Of a stretch of 64,000 nt of DNA, positions 1 to 10,100 are shown one piece after another. Every line of letters starts with the position of its first letter. The first letter of the stretch is position 1. The DNA comes from Macrostomum lignano (Eukaryota). The position numbers and the translations under genes are program-made. Where the stretch lies: assembly GCA_002269645.1 (NCBI GenBank), contig NIVC01000721.1, positions 1-64,000 on the forward strand. The letters run 5' to 3'. The notes beneath the pieces are model-generated. The model saw only the letters and a list, made by a program, of their open reading frames with translations. It searched no databases and had not been told where the DNA came from.

Positions 1-88
1 TTGACTCGGAATCCGCGTACTTCTTCAGTCGTTTAACCAGCTTGTTCAAGCTAGCGCTGGCTAACCGGTGCTGCTTATCAGCTGACAT
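1..88 (-). CDS. Possible 5' end of a gene running off the window (MSADKQHRLASASLNKLVKRLKKYADSES...), head-to-head with GDH
   Basis: ATG at 88 on the minus strand, open to the window edge, GC-richer than the flanking AT-rich DNA; no recognisable domain. Confidence 0.3.
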   Translation of the reverse strand, partial: MSADKQHRLASASLNKLVKRLKKYADSES

Positions 89-1194
89 TTAGTTTGATCT
101 CTAATGATTTAGATTACTACTATATAAATTTATTTTGTCATTTTCTGACTTTACTAGTATATGGTCAAATTTTGTGAAACGAAAAATCAGTTGAATTTAT
201 AAAGCGTTGACCGAGTATATTTCTTGGAAATGCCGCCCGCCCCCCGTGTACGCGGGAACGCCACTGCCTCCCGCTGGGTTTGAACGGCGGCAATGTACAT
301 TGTAAGACAACAACCCCTCCACCCCTCTCTCTCGGGAATGTACGGAACGGGGCGAAGGACCAATGCGTACACTGACTAGACGTTATTATAAAATATAAAG
401 GAACTCTTATAACAAGCCGTGTGCACTTTTTAATGTAAACTGAAGCAACACATGTTAATGTATATATTATAGTAGCCTTAGGGGCTTTTGGGCTAGAGAT
501 TAGGGAAAGATTTTCGAGTGGAACTTTTGGAGCTTTTTTAGTGGATCTAAAGAGCTGTGAATCAGAAAATTGGTTAATTTTTTTAAATCTACGAGCAAGA
601 ATAAAGAATAAAGAATTTTAGTAGAATAAAACTATTCAGAAAATAAGAAATGTTCGATTACCGTTCAATGAGGTTAAAAATTAATCAAGAGTTTCTTTAC
701 GCTTTACTATGAGTAGTGTTCTTCAGTATTGCATCGTGCGTCGTGCGTAGTAGTTATTTTGTTGTCAGAAACCACAATAGATGAATAAATGCAATACCTA
801 TGGAGAAAACAATAACAATAGAATGAACAGCCTTTAGCTTGCAGAAAAATTCAAATGCACGTATTTCGGGTGCTGAGCCTATAGCTGTCAGTCAGTGAAT
901 GACGACTGACACTGCCCCTAACCGCATGCCTGCACAGAAGCTGCTTAGAACAGGTATGAACGTACATTGTCCTGCTCTTGCACTGTCCAAAGGAGAGAAT
1001 TTCGAAGGTGGCTGCATGGCCCAATGCTTTTTCCGGAGACAGACGGAGAGACAGAAGACAGACGTACAACCCAAGGGTAGCAATAGAGAAAGCTTGAGAA
1101 AGATGCAAATAAAAGCAGAAATTTTATTCTAAGCGGCAGCCAGAGCCACTTATGAGCTTAGATATTTGTTGTGAAATACAGCAGGAGCAGCAGC

Positions 1195-4100
1195 ATGCTC
1201 AGAATATTGGCTCCCAGAGCTGCCGTCGGAGTCTGCAGTGCCCGCCGCTGTCTCAGTCTCAAAAGCGACGGCGGCAGCGACCAGCGCTTCCACGAGACCA
1301 CTGAGGGCTTCTACAACAAGGCATCGGTGCTTCTAGTGGACGAGCTGGTGGCCGGCTATCCTCGCCGAGTCGGCATTGAGGAGCGCCAGCACCGAGTCCG
1401 GGGCATTCTCAACTCCATCCGCGAGTGCAACTTCGTCCTGGAGGTGAACTTCCCGATCCGGAGAGACAACGGCGACTTCGAGATCATCTCGGCCTGGCGG
1501 GCGCAGCACTCACTCCATAGGACGCCGTGCAAAGGCGGCATCCGGTTCGCGCCAAGTGTCACCAAGAACGATGTGAAGGCGCTGGCCTCCCTCATGACCT
1601 ACAAATGCGCTCTGGTCGACGTGCCGTTCGGCGGCGCCAAGGCCGGCATAGCGATCGATCCCACGGCCTACTCGGCAGTTGAGCTGGAGAAAATCACCAG
1701 ACGATTTGCGGTTGAATTGGCCAAGAAGAACTTCATCGGACCGGGCGTTGACGTGCCCGCGCCGGACATGGGCACCTCGGAGAGGGAGATGGGCTGGATT
1801 GTCGACACGTATTTGAACACGCACGGTGAGCGATCTCCCGCTCATACAGCACCCTCTACTCACACAGCCTGTTCTTCTATTCACGCAGCCCTTCCTCTAT
1901 TTGCGCAAAAAGCATTCACACAGAGCCCCCATTCACACAGCACCCCTTCATTCACACAGAGCCCCCCCCCATTCACACAGAGCCCCCCCCATTCACACAG
2001 CACCTCTGCATTCACACAGAGCCCCCCGTTCACACAGCGCCCCTTCATTGACACAGCGCCCCCATTCACATAGTCCTGACCCCCTCCATTCACACAATGC
2101 TCCTTTCCTTTATGCACAGCGTGCCTCAATCCAGAGTCCCCGAAGTACGACATTCTCTGCGCTCGGAAAATTTGTATTTTGAATCTTCTATAAATGCAAT
2201 CTCAACTACTTTGATTTGTCAGGCTCCAGTGATTTAAACGCGCACGCTTGCGTCACTGGCAAGCCGATCACACTGTTTGGCATTCATGGCCGGACCTCCG
2301 CTACGGGACGGGTAAGTCACTACTTCAATAGTGGAGTAGAATTGGGATGAAGGAAGGGAGAATGGAGGGAGAAGAAGAGAGGGGAGAAGGGAAGGGGAGG
2401 GAGATGAATGGGGGAGATGAAAGGAGATAAGAGGAAAAGACAAATAGTGAAGGTGAGATGAAGGGAGGTAAGATGAAGGGAGAAGGGATGAAAGGTGAGG
2501 TGAAGGGAGGTGAGATGAAGGGAGGTGAGATGAAGGGAGGTGAGATGAAGGGAGGCGAGATGAAGGGAGGTGAGATGAAGGGAGAAGGGATGAAAGGTGA
2601 GACGAAGGGAGGTGATATAAAGAGAGGTGAGATGAAGGGAGGTGATATGAAGGGAGGTGAGATGAAGGGAGGTGAGATGAAGGGAGGAAGGGAGGCAAGC
2701 GGAAGAGAACGGAGAGGGGAAAGAGGGTCTCTATCCCATGAGTTAAAACAGCCACTACTTGACTTTCTGATCAAAACACATTCATAACTGTGCAAGTTGA
2801 ATAGGAATCAGCCAGTGCGATTTCAGCCAAAGTTCAGCTCAAAGACCGCGCTTTTGTTCCTCCCTCCACCCCCCGTGACAGGGGATCTACTTTGCCGTGA
2901 AAAATTTCCTAGACGATGTGTCATATGCTGGCCGGCTGGGTCTGAGCACGGGACTGAAGGGCAAAACTTTCGTAGTGCAGGGCTTCGGCAATGTGGGCTA
3001 CCACAGCAGCCACTACCTGCGCAAGGCGCAGGCCAGGTTAATTGGCGTGCTGGAGATTGACGGCTCGATCTACAATCCCAATGGCATTGATCCGGAAGAT
3101 CTGCTCAAGTACAAAACGGTGAGTGCGCGTATTCTCTATAAACATGTGCTGGCTATGTACATGTACCAGGGGTAGTTCTGTTGAAGTGAGGCGCAACGCT
3201 TATATTCACAAAATTTAATTGTCGTAAATGAGCTAATCCCCATAAGCATTAGGATGTGAGCTAATCCCCATGAGCCTTGGGATGTGAGCTAATTTCCATG
3301 AGCCTTGATGTGAGCTATAATCCCCATGAGCCTTGGGATGTGAGCTATAATCCCCATGAGCCTTGGGATGTGAGCTAATCCCCATGAGCCTTGGGATGTG
3401 AGCTAATCCCCATGAGCCTTGGGATGTGAGCTAATTTCCATGAGCCTTGATGTGAGCTATAATCCCCATGAGCCTTGGGATGTGAGCTATAATCCCCATG
3501 AGCCTTGGGATGTGAGCTATAATTCCCATGAGCCTTGGGATGTGAGCTATAATCCCCATGAGCCTTGGGATGTGAGCTAATCCCCATGAGCCTTATGATG
3601 TGAGCTAATTTCCATGAGCCTTGGGATGTGAGCTATAATTCCCATGAGCCTTGGGATGTGAGCTATAATCCCCATGAGCCTTGGGATGTGAGCTAATCCC
3701 CATGAGCCTTATGATGTGAGCTATAATCCCCATGAGCCTTATGATGTGAGCTAATTTCCATGAGCCTTGATGTGAGCTATAATCCCCATGAGCCTTGGGA
3801 TGTGAGCTATAATCCCCATGAGCCTTGGGATGTGAGCTAATCCCCATGAGCCTTGGGATGTGAGCTATAATCCCCATGAGCCTTGGGATGTGAGCCATGA
3901 GCAGAGCTTGGTCCCCAAACAGAATTTTCCTTTCGCAGTCAGTTCTGTTTTGAGTACTTAAGCAGAAAATGAATTTCCGCGTTTATATTTACACTCGTAT
4001 CATAGTTTTTGACAAGGAACTTTCCTAAACCCAAAATATTCTGGAAAGAGTTGGCGCGATATTTATAGCATAGATTGCTATAATTGCAACGGGTGCTGCA

Positions 4101-7100
4101 TATGTATTACAAAGCCAATGTATAATACAGCAGATTATATTTACTAACAAGTACGCCTAACAGGTGATGTCCCTTTATTCAACAGGAAATATCCCTATAT
4201 CTATTAGGATAGAGATTTTTACCTCATTAATGTTTTTCCTCGAAAACGCAGGGAACGTAGAAAAGTAATTTAAAAATCAAAGAAATTGTATCGCTTTTCT
4301 GCTTTTATAATGGTTTAAGCAAGCGGATTAGTCTCAAATATGCTATGCTAGTGCTATAAATAGTTATAAACATGTATAAATAACTCTGTCTGGCACAGCC
4401 GCTGTAGCAAGCATTTACATGTATTCAGTAGAAGCGTCATCAATAGCCGCCGCAGTCTCCGCCGCCAATTCGGCAAGACCCGTCGGGGTTTCTGCACTTG
4501 AAATTCGAGCTGCTGCAGCTCACAACCGAGCCGCCGCAGGTCCAGAAGCCCTTGTACTTGCAGCGGCAGGCCTTGAACGGCGGAGCGGGAGAGGAGATGG
4601 TGCAGCCGCCCTTGTGATAGTCGCAGTCGCAGTTGTTCGGCGAGCTCACGTCCGCCCTAGCGATCGGGATGGCGTCTCCAGGCCGGGCCAGTCGGAGTCC
4701 GAGTTTTCCCGCCAGCTTCTTGAGCAGTCCAGGCCGGTTGGTGATGATGCCGTGCACTCCCAGGTTGATGTAGGACTTCATGGAGGACTCTTTGTCCAGC
4801 GTCCAAGATGTAGGTCAGGCCGATCTGGCCGCTGCGAACGCCGGCCACGGCCTGCCTGATGCCGCTGTAGTAGGTGCCGGGCGCGCAGGCGCTGATTCCG
4901 GTGCCGAATGCGCGCTTCCGGGTGAACCTGGACAGCATGGCGGCCACGGAGCTGTACTTATCGCCCTCCTGGTCGAAGGCGAAGTAGTAGCGGTCTTTGT
5001 TGCGGAATCCGCTGGCAGTCCTGGCCGCCGCGTAGACGTACTCGAAGCAGTTGATCTTGCCGGCCGAGATGACGACCTTGCCGCGGTAGCCGTTACCGAA
5101 GAGCTCGCGCTCCACGAGCCTGGCGAGGTTGGCGCCAGCAGTGGCGAGTCTGTCGCCCCACTTTGGGTCCACCTTGCCGTCCAGGATGATGAGAGCGAGT
5201 CCAGGCAGCCTCGCCATGTGGCGCAGGTGGCTGGAGGCGCTAGCACTGGCGCCTCTGCCTGAGCAGCCCCTGAGCGAGTGGCTACAGATGTGGTAGCTGC
5301 CGGGGTGTGGGCAGCTGCAGTCGCAGAATCCACGGTGCTCGAACTCAGTCGGGTTGCCATATCCGTCGTACTGGATGTCCGCTTCAACTGCGTTGGCGCC
5401 CTCGCGGATTGCCCAGTCGAGTGAGTGCGGACTGTTGGTCATGTGGGCGATGATGTAGAAGGGATCTCTGGTCTGGGCGGAGTTGAGTGGCTTGGCCAGC
5501 AGCAGCAGCAGCAGCCCGTCGCGCCAACTGGCGCGGCCCCCCGCTAGTCCATCCTTCGGGGGCGGGGTCAAGGACATCGCCTCTCCGTGGCGACCCGGTT
5601 GGTCGGCCCTGGTCGGCCCCACCAAGATGTCCACCATCAGGCAACTGAACCCGCCAGCCTCGTCTCGTGCGCTCGGCACGGACGCAGAGCGCGGCGGCGG
5701 TCACCGCGTGACCCTCCTCAACCTCGTCGTCTTCTCCTGGTGCATCGTCAACCTTCCATGGCTCGTTGCTCATGTCATCCTCTCCGGCGACATCGAACAA
5801 AACCCCAGCCCGCTTAACTGTGACAGCTGCGGCAGCGTCATCCGCCAGGGCACCACCCCTGCGTCGTGCCAGATCGACAACTGCCGCAGAGCCTGCCACA
5901 AAAAATTCGACTGCAGTGGCTTTCGGCGCTATCAACGCGAGCAGCACTGGATATGCCGTGCTCATCGTATGCCGACGCCCGGCCCACCGGAGACCGAGAG
6001 CACGCCAGCGCCGCCCACGACCACACCTGGCCCGACGGGCGGCTCCTCGACGCCATGCGACTCCTGCCGTGCCCCTATCCACACTGGCACGCAACCGCTA
6101 TCCTGCTACAACCCCGACTGCACAGCCCTGGCTCATCGCACCACGCGCTCCATCGGCATACCGCGATACAAAGGCTGCCCTCGCTGGCTGTGTCAGCGGA
6201 ACGCCCCCACGCCACCCCCCAAGTCGATGGCGGGACGCCCCTTGGCCGCTCCTCGTCCGGCCCTCCAGCAGCTTCGCCCTGCCGGCCCACCTTGCGCGGC
6301 CTGCCACAAAGTTATCCGGGCCAACACCAACCTGGTTCGCTGTCACAAATGCCAAATATCTTTCCACAAGACCTGCTCTGGCCTGCGCAGATCTGCGGCG
6401 GATCAAGCGGCGGAGTCTGACCGCTGGACGTGCGCCCCCTGCGCTGATATGGCGGCGCCTGCTCGCCGGGCCCCCACTGCTCAGCCCGACACCACTAACG
6501 CGCACCCCACGACATGCCTCCGCACTACGACTCGTCAAGAACACCTGAAGATCCTGCAATGGAACGCGGATGGCATCTCCACCCGCCACTCTTAGCTCAA
6601 TGACCTCATCGGGACGGCCAAGCCCGACGTCGTCCTTGTCCAGGAGAGCAAACTCCGACCTCAAGACGTCACGCCGCGCTTCCCGGGCTACGCCGTGATC
6701 CGCACGGACAGACCGACTGTCGACGGCGGCGGCGGCCTCCTCACCCTCATCCGGGAAACTCTGGCCTACAAACATCTCCAAGTGAAGAGCCCACGGCCCA
6801 TCGAACTCTGCCGCATCCGCATCTTCCTCAGCTCGAAAAAGTCCATCCTGATTGACAACCTTTATTGCCCCCGTCCGCACCGGGGACGAGCAAGCCGACC
6901 TGCTCTGGGGGGCGCTGCCCCGCGACGCGGACTTCATCGGAGGTGACTTCAACACCCATTCGTCCACCTGGGATCTCAATCAAGCCCCGGACGCGAGGGG
7001 GGACGCCCTGCTCGATTGGGCGACTGGCTGCAACCTCTCCGTCCTAACGATGGTTCGCACACCAGAATCAACTGCGGAACGGGCGGGACTAGCTCCCCCG

Positions 7101-10100
7101 ACGTTTCTCTCTGCCGCGATACCTGGCATTCCCGCTCCACCTGGAGCATGGGCGAGGACATCGGCTCGGACCACCTGCCCATCATATCTCGGTTTGGCTG
7201 CGCCGCCAGCCAGCTCCTCAGCCGTCCTCGCACCTCGTGGCGACGCACCGGCGTCGACTGGGACGCCTTCTCCACGGACGTCGACGCCCAGGTGTCAGCT
7301 TTCAAAATCACAGGCGTCTCCTTCAAACAGCAAGTGGAGCGCTTCACCTACGCCATTGTCTCCGCCGCACACCGTCATGTCGGCAAGCAGACTCTCAAAC
7401 GCCCCGCTCGCCCGTGGTTGTCGCAAACGGCGAGACAAGCCATCCGTCATCGTAATCGCCTCCGGAAGGACGTCGGCAGCCATCGCACCGAATGGCTTCA
7501 AGCCTGCGGCGACGCGCCGCCCTCATCCGCGAGAGCAAAGAACAATGCTAGCGGGACTTCCTCCTCGACTCCGACTTCTGCCAGGAGCCTGGTGTCTCGT
7601 GCGCAGCCTCAGCGGCATCTTCATCGACCCCGTGGTGAACTGCATCCCACCGCAAATCAGCATCCTTGCAGCCAAAACCGGAGCATCACGGCAGCTACCA
7701 CGGACATGCAGGTCGCCGTCGGCCGGGTTGCTTCCTGGCGTCGCGCGTGTAAAATGCAGCTCAACCCCGTCAAAAGTGAGTGCGCGATCTTCACCACTGA
7801 CCCTCACCAGGCGAACATCCAGCCGACTATCTCCCTCGATGGCGCGGATATCCCGTTCAACGCCAGCCCGCGCTTCCTGGGTGTCCACCTGGACCGCACC
7901 CTGGCGTTCCGGAAGCAAGTCGAGGTCGTCTGCTCGACGATCGGCAGCAGATGCCGACTCCTTGCCTGCCTGGCTGCCCGCAACTGGGGCTGGCCTAAAG
8001 ACAGCCTCCTCCGCACTTTTAAGGCTCTCCACCATAGCGTGCTCGACTACGCCGCAGCCGCCTGGCAGCCATGGCTGGCCGACACTACTATTGGCAAACT
8101 GCAAACTCCAACGGGCCCAAGCCCTGCGGATTGTCACCGGCCAGATGCGCACCACACCTGCGGAAGCCCTTTACCTCGAGGCCGGGGTGTGCACCGTGGC
8201 TACCACGCGCGATCAGCTTTGTCTCGCAGCCTACGAGAAGGCCCTCCGGCTTCCGACCGACCACCCGCGCTTTATTGCTGCAGCGGCCCAGGTACCGCAC
8301 CGCACGACCAGGAGTAGCTGGCGCCACCGCGCCTTACAGCTCCTGGCCAGTATGCTGGGATACCTGGACAGCCGGGAACCTCTGCCGGCGCTCCCCCTCT
8401 GTCCCTGGCAACGGCCGCCAGCCACGCGCACGATCCGCTGTAACCTCCCCGCGCCCGCTGGCGAGGCCGATGAGACCGAAGAGCACTCGACCGAGGCCGC
8501 TGCTAAGGAAACACTCCGGAGGCGCGCCTGGAGGCCATCCGCAATTGCGCAGCTGATCTGGTGCTTTTCACAGATGGCTCGGCTACCGACGGCTGCGCCC
8601 GCGGTGGTGCGGCCTGCGTGGTCACCCGCGGCGACCCGGCCGACCCCGAGATGGTCACGACCATCCCAGCCACCGGCTCGCCGCACACCTGCAGTTTCGA
8701 TGAAGAGAGACGGGCTCTACAGCTCGCTAGCAACTGGCTCCGCACACAGCAATTCACAGGACGGGTCCTCATCTGCAAGGACAGTCGCGCCCTCCTCATG
8801 GCACTACTATTCGACAGGCCCCGCTGCTCGCTGCCCCACCTGGACTGTCACCCTGATGCTTCAATGGGTCCCGGCTCACTGCGGCATCCCCGGGAACGAG
8901 CTGGCCGACGAGGCTGCCAAGCAGGCGGCCGCTGCCGATTCCGCCCCGGCACCCATCTCCTACCACAGCGCGTTGGCGACGATCAAGCGTCACTTCGGCG
9001 ACCCGCCACTCACGCACGCTCGCACCGCTGCGGTTTACAGGGCCCTCAACAGGGACCGCGACCACGCCGAGCTGCGCAGCCGGCAAGACGCGGTGCTACT
9101 GGCAAGGCTCCGCTCGGGACACTGCAGCTTGCTCCGCGCCTGCTACAACCTCGTCAACCCCGCCGCCGACCCGACCTGCCCGCGCTGTCAAGACGGTCCG
9201 GAGGACCTGGAGCACTGGCTCAGCTGTCCGGCCCTCCGGCCCACCAGGCTCTCAATATTCGACGAGAATGAGTTGGGTCCCTCGATTCTGACCGCCGCCC
9301 CTGCGAGGTCAGTGGCGCTCGCGAGGCGCAGCCTTCTTTGACTGGCCTCGGCGCCTGTGCCCCTGCAAAAAAAACAAGCAAAAGCAGCAGCAGCATCGCT
9401 GCAGTGCAGGCATTGAGTACTCGGAGGCCTGACATCACAGAAGGCTCTGATGAAAATGGCCCTGTGCCCTGACTGGCTTTTACGAGTATGTCAGCAGTTT
9501 CTTATTTATATTTTTTTATAAATGCCGCAGGAGCTGAGGGACGATGCAAAATAAACATTTCACGTGTCGATTGCTCAGGCGGGGTAGCGAGAAACTCCAG
9601 ACGAAAGTTCTATTGAAGAAACGATGCCACACAGTCTAGGTAATCTAGGCATCTCAGCTGGCTTATGCAATGGACATTGTAGTAAAACTTATTTTTGGCT
9701 TGGCGTGGGCGCCACACCCAGGCTAACTGTAAACAGACAGTCAGTGATTTCAATAGCTCGTAAGAGATAAAACGCAATTGAATGTTTCCAAATTTAGACT
9801 TAAGTCAAGTCAAGTCAAGTTAAAACTTAGCGAAGACTTAGCGTCTTGATTAACTGAAACATTTTCCTTTTAACAGTGTCTAAAAATGTTTAACTATGCC
9901 GCTAATATCGACAAATTACCGGTAGCAAGTGTACCCGTGACGTATTCCCGATCCCTTGCCTCGCTATTCCCAGATTTGGCTCTAAATCTCTGACTTGCAG
10001 TCTGTTGAGGAGATTGCCCGATGCATTGATAAGGACTGGCGCCCCATAGGTCATACCATTCTAAATGTTTGACCTATAAATGAGCCTGAGCGCCAGGTGA

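Larger units (their letters stand above)
5516..9383 (+). mobile_element. Ingi/I-group-like non-LTR retrotransposon, internally deleted and decayed
   Basis: ORF from ATG 5627: 2A-like motif, 3 PHD fingers, APE ([25 protein letters not shown]), RT C-terminal part (LNPVKSE, FLGVHLD), RNase H ([24 protein letters not shown]), CCHC (CPRC...EHWLSCP). A-rich tail 9367-9383; ~12-bp TSD agcagcagcagc at 5504-5515 and 9383-9394. Stops and frameshifts present. Confidence 0.92.
4440..9435 (-). pseudogene. Disrupted copy of the sphingomyelinase D/PLD toxin-like gene, antisense inside GDH intron 3
   Basis: Near-identical to 18713-19834. [17 protein letters not shown] at 9435-9384 is separated from [16 protein letters not shown] at 5515 by a retrotransposon. 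Also a 1-nt insertion at ~4805 (frameshift at TYIW) and a 9-bp deletion at ~4478. Confidence 0.95.
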
